Positions 21,129-30,605 of a stretch of 64,000 nucleotides of DNA are shown in pieces. Numbering within the stretch: position 1 is the stretch's first letter; each line of letters starts with the position of its first letter. Location of the stretch: contig OY969706.1 in the NCBI GenBank assembly GCA_963702095.1, forward strand, positions 1,600,001-1,664,000. The letters run 5' to 3'. Position numbers and translations under genes: made by a program. Origin of the DNA: Candidatus Bathyarchaeota archaeon (GTDB lineage: Archaea > Thermoproteota > Bathyarchaeia > Bathyarchaeales > Bathycorpusculaceae). Below the pieces are notes generated by a model. The model ran no database searches, had not been told where the DNA came from, and saw nothing but the letters and a program-made list of their open reading frames with translations.

Positions 21129-22547
21129 GTGGAATGCGCTTTCAAAACTGTTTCAGTTGCTAAATTCGGCGGCAGCCTCCTAGATGCGGAAGGCAAACAA
21201 ATCCCAAAGATCATAGCTCAAATCACAAAAATCCAGCAGAAAGACGGTTTGGGACCAATAGTGGTGTTTTCTGCGCCCATGGGCGTCACGGATGCACTTA
21301 TCAAAATCGGTGAATCCCACGCTCAGGAATGCGGTTTACCCGTGGAACCAGTTTTCGAAGTCTACGAGCGCCTCGCAAAACTCTACGTTAAAGGCGACTA
21401 TGTAAAGCAAGCCCAAGAGGAACTTGCAAACTACAAAGCCCTAACACAGACCACCTTAGATGCCGTTAACAAACGGTTCAGCGGCAACATCAAAGCCCGA
21501 ACCCTCACGTTGGGCGGCGAACTTGCCATGGCGATGGTTATGGATTACATCCTGAAAAGCAACGGCTTAAACTCCACCTGCCACTCCATTGAAGAGTGGC
21601 CAATCGTAACAGACGACACTTTTGAAGATGCCTTGCCCAACTATGAGTTAAGCAAAAAACGCCTCCACTCCTTGACCAAGCCGCTGGAAGAAGGCAAGAT
21701 TGTTTGCTTAGCGGGATTCTTCGGCGTCACTTCAGACGGTTTAGAAACGGTTCTGGGCAGAGGAGGCTCAGACTTAACCGCTGTATTCATATCTTGCCTC
21801 TTAAAGGACACTTATGACACCAAAACTTTGCTCTACAAAGACGTGCCTGTGCAAAGCGCTGACCCCAAAGTTGTGCGGGGACAAAAAACCGAGCATGTCA
21901 AAGCCTTAACCTACAACGAAGCGCATAAAGCGTCGATGATGGGTATGAAAATCGTCATGAACCCCGCCATCGCGTTGGCACGCCGCTTTGGTCAGCCGCT
22001 GATGGTGGTTCCCATCGATGAACCCACGATGTATTCAGTCATTGAGGCACAGACCACTGGCGGCGAAATCGTCAAATGCTTAACCGGCAAATCAGGCTGC
22101 GCCATCCTATCGATGAGCGACGAAAAAAGCCACTCGTTCGAGGATTCCCTGCGGGTTTGGGAACGCAGAAACGACTTCATGGACCTCGGCGCCGAAACCA
22201 TGGAGACAGGCGAACGCATCCGCGACTTCCTATTTCTCGACGCTGATTTCCTTAGGAAAAACGAGGAAAAACTCAAAGGCTTCGACGAAAACCTAAAAAT
22301 CGAGTATGGGTTAGGCGTGGTCACCCTCATCGGCGACCGCATGAAAAACTCGCCGGGCGTCGCTTCACTGGCAATAGGCGCCATATCGGGCATAAACATT
22401 AAACGGGGTATTTTTGCGCCGCATACTTCGCAGATTATTCTTGTTGTGGAAGAGAAGAATGTTGGTGCAACGGTGGCGGCGATTCACCAGAAAAAAGCGG
22501 AGCTAAACAATGCGCCGCCGAACTGGCCCATAGGCTTTACACAGTAA
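21129..22547 (+). CDS. Aspartokinase-family protein with ACT domain
   Basis: KFGGS, LGRGGSDLTA, ADPK, LTYNEA, VTLIGD.M...PGVA. Confidence 0.88.
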   Translation: MECAFKTVSVAKFGGSLLDAEGKQIPKIIAQITKIQQKDGLGPIVVFSAPMGVTDALIKIGESHAQECGLPVEPVFEVYERLAKLYVKGDYVKQAQEELANYKALTQTTLDAVNKRFSGNIKARTLTLGGELAMAMVMDYILKSNGLNSTCHSIEEWPIVTDDTFEDALPNYELSKKRLHSLTKPLEEGKIVCLAGFFGVTSDGLETVLGRGGSDLTAVFISCLLKDTYDTKTLLYKDVPVQSADPKVVRGQKTEHVKALTYNEAHKASMMGMKIVMNPAIALARRFGQPLMVVPIDEPTMYSVIEAQTTGGEIVKCLTGKSGCAILSMSDEKSHSFEDSLRVWERRNDFMDLGAETMETGERIRDFLFLDADFLRKNEEKLKGFDENLKIEYGLGVVTLIGDRMKNSPGVASLAIGAISGINIKRGIFAPHTSQIILVVEEKNVGATVAAIHQKKAELNNAPPNWPIGFTQ

Positions 22548-22624
22548 TCGCTCGGAAAATGATTCAGTCTGCTCTATCCCTAAAAAAGCCTCAAAAGCAA
22601 CCTTCGCAGTAGGTCTCAGTTGGG

Positions 22625-22770
22625 GTTTTTGTTTTTCTAGTTTAAGAAGAAGAGAGTCTTGCCTTTACTCAACATCTTCCTACGGGCTTGGCAGTCGGCT
22701 GTGTTTTGGGTTCTGTGTCTGGGTGGCGGTGCTGGCTGGTTGAGGTGTTTTTTACAAGCAGAACAGCGGA
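22625..22770. repeat. Dispersed repeat family B, copy 3
   Basis: Colinear similarity to 11137-11278 and 5445-5595. Confidence 0.85.
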
Positions 22771-22783
22771 TTTTTGATCATGG

Positions 22784-23549
22784 TTATAGTAAAGGCGGTT
22801 CTGCACTTACGTTATGTCTCTCCAAAAGTTTCTTCAGAGTTAAACAGTTCCGTGGTGCGTTGGCGTTATAGTCATTGTTAAAGTACATTGTTAAAGTAGC
22901 ATAACATTTTCTTTGCGTTTTTCTGCTTGATTTTCTGTGCCCAAGCTGCCAACTGGTCGTCGGGGTAGTTGTACAGGTACCAACCGTCTTTGCCATGAAA
23001 CCGCGCATAAACAGCGCCGCCAGTCTGAATCAACTCTTCAGGCAGCTCGGAGGGGGAGACACTGCAGAAAACCAAGCCATGCCCATCCAAGAAATCGTAG
23101 ACTTCCCGGGTCCACCAGCTTTGATGCCTAAACTCCAACCCATTCAAAACCGAAGAATCCATCTGAGCCGCAATTGCTTCAAGCAACGCCAGGTCCTTGT
23201 GTACTGTCGGCGGCAACTGGAAAAGCACACATAGCAGCTTCTCTTTGAGCAGGTGGGCGAGTTGGTAAAAGTTTTGGGTGTACTGCTCGGTGTGCCTGAA
23301 CTTGTGGAGGTGGGTAATTATTCGGTTGGCTTTTAGGGTGAAAGCGAAGTCCGAGGGAGTTTTTGTGTACCAGCCCGTGAGGAGTTTTTCGGTGGGGTAG
23401 CGGTAGAAGGTGTTGTTTACTTCTAAGGTGTTAAAGTGTTGTGCGTAGTATTGGAGCCAACGGGTTTTCGGGAGCTCCGCTGGGTAAAAGGTTCCTCTCC
23501 AATGGTTGTAGTAGAAGCCTGAGCAACCCAGAAAAAGCTCAGCTGCCAT
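22784..23549 (-). CDS. DUF72 family protein (frameshifted by a 13-bp tandem duplication)
   Basis: GCSGF.Y.HW.G.FYP, EVNNTFY, FQLPP, EFRH.SW, Y.RFHG, YFNND. The unit cattgttaaagta is duplicated at 22873-22898. Confidence 0.9.
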
Positions 23550-23560
23550 CTGAAAATACC

Positions 23561-24328
23561 TTAGCTGTGTTGGAGGTGAGGAAGCACCCTCATCTCGGTG
23601 ACATCAACCCGTTTGGGACGCGTCAAAGCAAAAAGTATGACTTCGGCAATGTCTTCAGATTTAAGTTGCAGTCCCTCTTTCTCGAGGGGCAACCCATGGA
23701 TAGTTAGGCATACATGCCCCGGTTCAATAAGCGTCACCTTTATCCCTGCCTCGTTAACCTCCCTACGCAACGCCGACGCGAATCCTTCAATTCCCGACCG
23801 CGCCGCTCCGTACACGGAGCTACCTGCGACCCTAGGAGTAGGACTCATGGAGCCGACGACTACGATGTGTCCGCCCTTGCTTTTCATGCGGTCAACAGCT
23901 TCCTGAGCAATCCCCAAGTACCATAAAAGGTTGGTTTTGAGGATGTTTTCTTGGTCTTCAAGAGACATCTCCGCAATGGTTTCGGCGCCTAACGCAGTGT
24001 TAGCGACTAATATGTCTAGTCCGCCGAATTCTCGGTCAACGGTTTCAAATATTTTTTTGATGTCTTCCGTTTTGGTTGTGTCAGCTGTTAATCCGATGAC
24101 GCTGCCGACTTTGCCTATTTCTTGGATGGCGTCTTGTAGGATGGTTTCGCTTTTGCTGAAAATAAGCAGTTTAGCTCCCTTAGATGCAAGGAGGAGGGCG
24201 GTGGCGCATCCGATACCGGTTGTTCCTCCCGTAATAAGAACTGTTTTTCCCGTTAAATCCACTGTTTGGGTTGTGAGGTCCTCGGCTTTACAAGTGGTTT
24301 CTACAATTGCGCTTGCCAAAGTTTTCAC
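23561..24328 (-). CDS. Short-chain dehydrogenase/reductase
   Basis: TGGTTGIG, GGLDILV, SVYGAARS (YxxxK with K to R), IEPG. Confidence 0.88.
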   Translation of the reverse strand: MKTLASAIVETTCKAEDLTTQTVDLTGKTVLITGGTTGIGCATALLLASKGAKLLIFSKSETILQDAIQEIGKVGSVIGLTADTTKTEDIKKIFETVDREFGGLDILVANTALGAETIAEMSLEDQENILKTNLLWYLGIAQEAVDRMKSKGGHIVVVGSMSPTPRVAGSSVYGAARSGIEGFASALRREVNEAGIKVTLIEPGHVCLTIHGLPLEKEGLQLKSEDIAEVILFALTRPKRVDVTEMRVLPHLQHS

Positions 24329-24493
24329 CTGAATCTTTTGTTGCTTACTTGGATATGGGTATACGAAACTTGGATAATATCGGTTTGTGACTGTAAAACC
24401 ACGCCAACACAGGGTTTAAAACAATATTACCTATGGATGGGTTGATACTGTAGCTTATACATCAGATTAGAGTGGATTGTTCTGTCTTCTATT

Positions 24494-25924
24494 TTGCATC
24501 GCCTATCCATTAGGCGTTCCCTTCTCTTTATGCTCGTTGGTTTAGCCCTTTTCATAGTGTACATTATTTTTGGGGTACGCTTGGAGCAGGTAACCCAGTT
24601 TCTTCAACAACTCAACTCGTTGCAATTTACTATCTTCTACATTTTGGCGCTTGCCGCCGTTTTAGCCTCGGTTTTCTTTTGGTCTGCCGCATGGAACACC
24701 ATACTTCGAACACTCTCGGTGGAAGTATCCTATCGACGGGCTTATCTTTACTATTGGGTCGGTTACTTCACCGATTTGGTTATTCCATGTGCCACAGTAT
24801 GCGGCGAATTAACCCGCATGTACCTTGTTGAACAGCAAACCAAGAAAAGCTATGGAGTACTGGCCGCTTCAGCCATAACCAACCGCATAGTCGCCTACAC
24901 TATAGTGACGATTGGACTCTACACTGGAACCATCCTGATTTTTCTAAAACCAAACACATCTCCCGTCTTGTTGAATGCGTTTATTTTGTTTGTGGTCGGC
25001 GTCACCGTTTACACTGCTGTTCTGCTCTACCTTGCCTTTGTGAAGCAAGCGGCAAAAAACCTTACAATGCTCTACCAGAAAATCATGAAGTTCCTCCGGC
25101 ATAAAACTTACCAAGATAGCACTCAAAAAACTAGCCAATCCCTAGCAAACTATTATCAAGGGTTCACGGTTTTCCGCCAAAACCCCCGGCTGCTAATAAA
25201 ACCGTTTATTCTAAATTTAGCCGCTTACCTTCTTGGGCTATCAGTTTATATCCTAATCTTCTATGCATTGGGCATTTCTGCGCCTTCGCCTGAATTCTAC
25301 ATAGTGATCTATTTCATTGCAACGGCGTTCCAGGATACAGCCGCAGTCCTATCAGTGGGTTCACTGGACATTGTTTTGGCAAGTGTTCTTATTTCGTATG
25401 GGTTAAACCCCGGAGTCAGCATTATCACTGCACTTCTGCTGCGGAGTGTGGGTTTTTGGTTTCCACTGTTTGCAGGGTTTGCCAGTGTCGAGTTGCTGGG
25501 GGCAAGAGAGTTAGTTTCTAAGTCGCCCACCAGCTCAGAAAACACTCCGAGGAAAAGAATGAAACAATCACCCTTTCGCTGTGGCCAGCAGAAGATGGGC
25601 AATCCCTCTGCATTTCCCAGTGACACTTTCACCGACCCCTCCCCCCATGCGAAAAGTCGTTTGGTGCGGTGCCTTAAAAGGACATTGGACATATCAGCAT
25701 CCGTGAAGCGTATGCCGCAAACCCAAGCATTAGCCGAAGACGACCTCTTGGTGTCTTTGACATTCCATAATTTTTCAGCGGAAATGCTAAAAGAATTCGC
25801 CCAGAAAATCGTTAAGCCCTACTTCAGGGGCAACATAAACGAGGCGGTACGGTCTCTTATGGAGAAAGCCATCCAAGAAGAAACACTCCTCAACCAAACA
25901 GTAATCGCAAAAGAATCTGTTTAA
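24494..25924 (+). CDS. Lysylphosphatidylglycerol-synthase-TM/UPF0104 flippase-like membrane protein, probably artefactually fused to a small downstream protein
   Basis: Multi-TM, P..TVCGE..R, LL.R...FW motifs. A low-complexity linker and separate-looking tail from ATG 25712 suggest a frameshift near 25530. Confidence 0.75.
   Translation: MHRLSIRRSLLFMLVGLALFIVYIIFGVRLEQVTQFLQQLNSLQFTIFYILALAAVLASVFFWSAAWNTILRTLSVEVSYRRAYLYYWVGYFTDLVIPCATVCGELTRMYLVEQQTKKSYGVLAASAITNRIVAYTIVTIGLYTGTILIFLKPNTSPVLLNAFILFVVGVTVYTAVLLYLAFVKQAAKNLTMLYQKIMKFLRHKTYQDSTQKTSQSLANYYQGFTVFRQNPRLLIKPFILNLAAYLLGLSVYILIFYALGISAPSPEFYIVIYFIATAFQDTAAVLSVGSLDIVLASVLISYGLNPGVSIITALLLRSVGFWFPLFAGFASVELLGARELVSKSPTSSENTPRKRMKQSPFRCGQQKMGNPSAFPSDTFTDPSPHAKSRLVRCLKRTLDISASVKRMPQTQALAEDDLLVSLTFHNFSAEMLKEFAQKIVKPYFRGNINEAVRSLMEKAIQEETLLNQTVIAKESV
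25712..25924 (+). CDS. Small hypothetical (ribbon-helix-helix-like) protein
   Basis: MPQTQ..VSLTFHNFS.EMLKEFA.KIVKPYF.GNINEAVRSLMEKAI reads as an independent small domain. Confidence 0.5.
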   Translation: MPQTQALAEDDLLVSLTFHNFSAEMLKEFAQKIVKPYFRGNINEAVRSLMEKAIQEETLLNQTVIAKESV

Positions 25925-25975
25925 TGTCTTTGTCGGCGTAAGTTCTTATTATTCGCTGGTGCCTTATCTGCACTG

Positions 25976-26983
25976 GTGCCCTCCTTGACTGGACTACTTG
26001 ACCCCCTAAACGTCAACGGCATGACTCTTCGCAACCGCATAGTTATGCCTCCAATGCAGTCCGGCAGAGCCACCTTCAATGGCGAGGTCACCAACAAACT
26101 CATCAACTTCTACGTCCGCCGCTCATCCGCCTTGGGGTTGCCCATCGTGGAGCACGCTTATGTTTCGCCACTGGGAAAGATCGGACTCAAGCAACTAGGA
26201 ATCTACGACGACACACTTGTCCCAGGCTGAGAAAAACTTGCTTTGGGCATTCACTCTGTGGGCGCTCCAGCGGTGGTGCAAATCAGCCATGCAGGAGCAG
26301 TTGCGAGCAAGAAAATCATCGGCGCCACTCCAGTGGGGCCATGTGACCGAGACAAAGCAAGGATGCTGCAAAAAACCGAGCTCTACACGTTGGCGGAGGA
26401 CTATGCGTTGGCCGCGCAACGGGCGGTTAAAGCAGGCTTCGACGGCGTGGAACTCCACGGCGCACACGGCTACTTGCTAAACCAGTTCTTCACTCCACTG
26501 CTCAATAAGCGCACTGACGAATTCGGCGGTTCACTGGAGAATCGGATGCGGTTTCCATTGATGGTTGTGGAAAAGGTGCGCCAGAAACTAGGCGGCAGGC
26601 TTCTGCTGTATCGGTTGGGCTCTGACGATTTAGCGCCCAGTGGAACCCACATCGAAGACGCCGTTGTTTTTGCCCAAAGATTGCAGGAGGCAGGCGTCCA
26701 CATCCTTGACGTGTCAGGCGGCATGTGTGGCAGCGAACCCAAACAGCTACGTCAAATCAAAGGCTACTTTGTACCCCAAGCATATGAGGTTAAGAAGGCG
26801 GTTGGGGTGCCGGTTATCGGGGTGGGCGGCGTCACTGAACCGCAGTTTGCAGATCAACTGGTCAGCGAGGGCAAAGTGGATTTGGTGGCTGTGGGCAGGG
26901 CGCTGTGGCATGACAACCTGTGGCCTCAAAAAGCCGCCCAAACACTAAAGCATCCAACGCTGAATTGTCAAGGTCGAATGTGA
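25976..26983 (+). CDS. NADH:flavin oxidoreductase (Old Yellow Enzyme family), apparent in-frame TGA at 26228-26230
   Basis: LRNRIVMPPM, QISHAG, AGFDGVELHGAHGYLLNQF, N.RTDEFGGSLENRMRF; the two ORFs are in frame. Confidence 0.9.
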
Positions 26984-27042
26984 CACACACACCGTTTAGT
27001 TATTCTTCAATTATATGAATGTGCATTGAAAGGGTGTCTTCC

Positions 27043-27321
27043 ATGAAAACCAAGCTTTCCCGACTCGAACTCTACCTAGAAATTCTGTCTTCGCTTGAGA
27101 AACTGCGATGCTCCAACCTAATCACCCTTCAAGAGGAAACCGAAGTGGAGCAGGCTTTCTTGGAGCAGGCGTTGGCTTTTTTGGAGAAAAACGATCTGGT
27201 ACAAAAAACCAAAGTTGAAAACCAAACCGTCTACAGCACAACACTGCGAGGCGAACGCATAACCAGGTATTTCACGCATAAAACGTTGGCTAAGACAGAA
27301 AACGAATTCAACCTCGCATAA
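27043..27321 (+). CDS. Small winged-helix DNA-binding protein
   Basis: SRLELYLEIL...L.FLEK.DLV......Y.TT.RG pattern. Confidence 0.75.
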   Translation: MKTKLSRLELYLEILSSLEKLRCSNLITLQEETEVEQAFLEQALAFLEKNDLVQKTKVENQTVYSTTLRGERITRYFTHKTLAKTENEFNLA

Positions 27322-27618
27322 CGCGATGGTTTTTTAGTTGTGCAGATTTGTAGCTTGCTCTTGATGTCCAGAGGCGTTACCCTAACCTTCCCTTGATTCC
27401 TTACTTTAAGGTCGCGTCTGCTTTGCCTTTTCAACAACCAATGAATGATCAACGGTGATTTTTCGATATGGTTGTTTTTCATTCCCTTTTTTGTCATGAG
27501 TCTTATCTTAAAAGCGGTTCCTTGAGGCTTTTTCGCTTTTTGCGTTTCGTTTGGCTTGCGCATACTCGTTCGGCGCTGGAAGCGAAGTAACAGCCTACGC
27601 TTATTATTTCAGTTCTGT

Positions 27619-28479
27619 CTAACTCGATATTAACCCTTTTTTTGCGATTTTAGAAACAAGGTAATTGACAAAAGCTGAGCATGCAACAAGCATAAATTTC
27701 GCTTCATCAAAGTCAGCTTTAATATTGTCATCTTTTAGGGCGTGTCTAATTCCATCAGCATCATTAGTATATCCATAAAGATTTTGGAAAGCTGTTTTGA
27801 GAGAAGGATGTAAAGCAATTGTTCCTTTATCTTCAAGCAATTTTAGAGCGGTGCCCAAAGTAGCTTTTTCATTCTTTGCAATAATTTTACAAATTGCTTC
27901 TACAGCTGAAATAGATTCTTTGATTGAATTCCGATAATCGGGCGACGTTTTGTCAGACATGAGTTCTAAAGATTTTTCTAAATGTAAATTAACTAACTTG
28001 AATGGTGATGTAATCGCTTGTTCAACTTCAATAATTTCTTGTTTGTTTGTCATAGGCACAATTTGTTTTCCAACAAATCGGTATCCTGAAAACTCTTTTT
28101 CTAACATATAATTGTTCAATAAAATAAAAGGTTCAATTTTTTGCTTGTTGGGATAATGGTTTGCTGTAAATTCTAACAAATTATAAATATCATACCATTC
28201 GGCTTTCGAGAAAAAGTATTGTCTCAATTTATTATATGCAGCGTTATAACTTTGTGGAATTAAATCAATTGGCTCCTTGAAGAAGGAGAGGTATAAAATT
28301 GTCAAAAAATTAGTCATGTCATCTGATTTGAGGTCTTGCCATCCAGCGCTCATAGGTTGCCTTGTTAAAAGGTCAGCGAAAGTATTCCAGAGACAATTCT
28401 TTAATTCTAAATCAATGGATTCAACTTGAATTGCAACCTTTGGCTTTGTTATCCCCATTCTGTCTGAAAACTTACTCAT
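27619..28479 (-). CDS. AbiJ-like (AbiJ N-terminal domain 4 plus C-terminal HEPN-like) defence protein
   Basis: FS.RMG...IQ.ES....LKN.LWN; W..IY.LLEF; RNSIKESISAVE; LYGYT.D.DGIRHA; EAKFMLVACSAFVNYL. Visibly AT-richer than neighbours. Confidence 0.75.
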   Translation of the reverse strand: MSKFSDRMGITKPKVAIQVESIDLELKNCLWNTFADLLTRQPMSAGWQDLKSDDMTNFLTILYLSFFKEPIDLIPQSYNAAYNKLRQYFFSKAEWYDIYNLLEFTANHYPNKQKIEPFILLNNYMLEKEFSGYRFVGKQIVPMTNKQEIIEVEQAITSPFKLVNLHLEKSLELMSDKTSPDYRNSIKESISAVEAICKIIAKNEKATLGTALKLLEDKGTIALHPSLKTAFQNLYGYTNDADGIRHALKDDNIKADFDEAKFMLVACSAFVNYLVSKIAKKGLISS

Positions 28480-28649
28480 TTGTTAACCCTTGACATATTG
28501 AATTAAAGTATCCGCTTTTAAGCTTACAAGGCTTTCTTTTAAGCGGAATGATATATTCAGAAAAAGTGCCTTTGGTTGTTCGCTTTTTGGGTTTAAAATA
28601 ACCTCTAACGTTTGAGGCGACTCAAAATGGGGGCGAGCGGACGTAAAAG

Positions 28650-28724
28650 TGGACCGAGCGGGATTTGAACCCGCGGCTTCCGCGTTGCGAACGCGGCGAT
28701 CATACCAGACTGATCTACCGGCCC
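28650..28724 (-). tRNA. tRNA-Ala (anticodon CGC)
   Basis: GGGCCGG acceptor with G3:U70, anticodon arm CCGCG-TTCGCAA-CGCGG, T-arm GGTTCAAATCC; no intron, no encoded CCA. Confidence 0.95.
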
Positions 28725-28841
28725 AGCTTTGCCCTCAAATGTGACTTGGATAACTCTTTTAGAGGTTTCGGTAGCATAGGTAGGCTGCTTAGAATTGTGT
28801 GTAGCAGTTAGCGCTGTGGGGGTTGGTTGGTTGTGGGAGAC

Positions 28842-29071
28842 GGCTGAGGTTGTGAGGGCTATGTTGGTGCCCGCCTGTATTGCGCTGATGTGGCTGTTCG
28901 CTGCTACGCTATGAAGGCAGATGATACATGGGTTCACACACACATGGCGGCGGCTTCTGCATGGAGCCATGCACTGTGTGTGGGGTGGTGAATAACTTGC
29001 AGCCCCAAAAAAGCAGCTGCCTTCAATTGCCGTCTTGTGGTGCCCCACAAAAGGCCACGCCCACACAAAGA
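28842..29071 (-). repeat. Repeat family A, copy 2; left arm of perfect 230-bp inverted repeat
   Basis: Exact reverse complement of 32379-32608; spurious ORFs across both arms give identical peptides. Confidence 0.95.
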
Positions 29072-29567
29072 CAAAAAACCAACACTTCATTCCACGATGC
29101 CCGACGTGCCTGCGGATTTCGATGGAAGAGGCTCCTGCGGACAAGTTGCATTGCGGCACACGCTTTGAGCTTACCCCCCACATCTATGTAAGCCCAACGA
29201 GGCATACGCCCCTATGAGCCTACACTTTTTATAGCTCAACAGACCCGTGCCGCTTTACACAGCTAAGTCCACCTGAACCCCTTCCACCGCGGATGTGTGT
29301 ATGTGTTAGTTTCTACTGCAAACGGAAATTCTAACATTTTTTTATAGGCGACCAAGTGGCTCAGCCAACATCAACTTAACATCGGTCGCCTCTGTTATCG
29401 TAACATTTACTACAGCGTATAAAAGGGTTGTGTAGCGATAAAACATGTTTGGGGCAGCTTTGAGGTGGCTTTCTTTGGGGGGTTGTTACTTATTTTGTGT
29501 CTGGAGTGGTGGTTAACAATGCTTATTTACGCTGTGGTCTCTCGATAGCTTGTAGTGTTGATGGTGT

Positions 29568-30590
29568 ATGGTATATGGTCATCAGGGTCTTAAGGAGAAA
29601 GATGTTGCGAGTCGTATTCAGGAAGTGTCCTCGCTTAAGCAGGATAAGTTTAAAGTTACAGTTGAATTGGACAAAGAACGGCCTATGTCTACTTCTCCGC
29701 TCTACTACAAGTACAATATCCAACGCTTCGATTTGCACCCTAACTACAGCTTCGACTACCTATCAGATATGATTCCTAAAGGCACCCCCGAATACCTTGA
29801 CCACGGCTTAAACTACGTCGAACGCATCATACGGGCGCTGTACTACTTTAAGCAGTGCAGTCTAATCGGGCCTTCAGGCACAGGCAAAACCCACATCGTC
29901 TACCTCGTTGCGGAATTAACTGGTTTGCCGATTTGGGAAGTCAACTGCGGCTTATCCACAAGCAGCTTTGACTTGATTGGCAGATTCATCGGGTTGGGCA
30001 AAGAAAACTGGGTGGACGGATTGCTCACTCAGTGGCTCCGTAAAGGCGGCATAATGTACCTTGACGAAGCCAACATGATGAAACAAGACGTCGCCACACG
30101 ACTCAACCCAGTCTTAGACACAAGAGGTCACCTCGTACTCAACGAAAAAGACAGCGAAGTCATCGAACGCCACAAATACGGCTACATGATCATCAGCATG
30201 AACCCAGCCACCGCCGAATTCAGCGGCACCAAACCCCTAAACGCAGCCATGCGCAGACGAATGGCAGTGTGGATTAACTTCGACTTTCTCTCGGTAGGCG
30301 AAAAAATCAGCCCCGATGAAGTGGACATGCTACGCAAACGAACCAAGGTTTCGCAGGAAGTTGCTTATGGCATTATTCAGGCAGGCGCGGAGTTGCGTCG
30401 GCAGTACAAAGCCGGCGATTTGCCTTATGGTCCATCTTTGGGTGACTTGATTAACTGGGCAACATTGGTCTTCGACGGCATGACACCTATGGAAGCCGCA
30501 GAAGAAACCATCGTCGGCTTAACCAGCGACAACGTTGAAGTCCAGGCGGATGTGCGGCGTATTCTCGAGGCGGTTTTCGTTAAAAACTAG
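29568..30590 (+). CDS. MoxR-family AAA+ ATPase (CbbQ/NirQ/NorQ/GvpN-like)
   Basis: GPSGTGKT, WVDGLL, YLDEAN, SMNP..F.GT.PLN.A.RRR. Confidence 0.9.
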   Translation: MVYGHQGLKEKDVASRIQEVSSLKQDKFKVTVELDKERPMSTSPLYYKYNIQRFDLHPNYSFDYLSDMIPKGTPEYLDHGLNYVERIIRALYYFKQCSLIGPSGTGKTHIVYLVAELTGLPIWEVNCGLSTSSFDLIGRFIGLGKENWVDGLLTQWLRKGGIMYLDEANMMKQDVATRLNPVLDTRGHLVLNEKDSEVIERHKYGYMIISMNPATAEFSGTKPLNAAMRRRMAVWINFDFLSVGEKISPDEVDMLRKRTKVSQEVAYGIIQAGAELRRQYKAGDLPYGPSLGDLINWATLVFDGMTPMEAAEETIVGLTSDNVEVQADVRRILEAVFVKN

Positions 30591-30605
30591 TTTGGGGCAT
30601 TTTAG

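Noticed and set aside
24494-25924. Novel fusion of UPF0104 membrane protein with an RHH-like tail
   Set aside because: The linker looks out-of-frame or intergenic, and the window is rich in indel errors; two genes are more likely.
26228-26230. In-frame TGA in the OYE gene as selenocysteine or stop recoding (tempting because selD is present)
   Set aside because: The position is not a conserved Cys. GGCTGAGAAAAACTT is explained by compensating homopolymer errors of GGC CTG AGA AAA CTT (G-L-R-K-L), which fits the family pattern. TGA is a normal stop elsewhere in the window.
28605-29217. ORFs over repeat A and tRNA (also 32235-32737, 4243-4602 and the N-terminal extension of the MFS ORF)
   Set aside because: They are translations of the non-coding repeat or tRNA; frames are not preserved among diverged copies.
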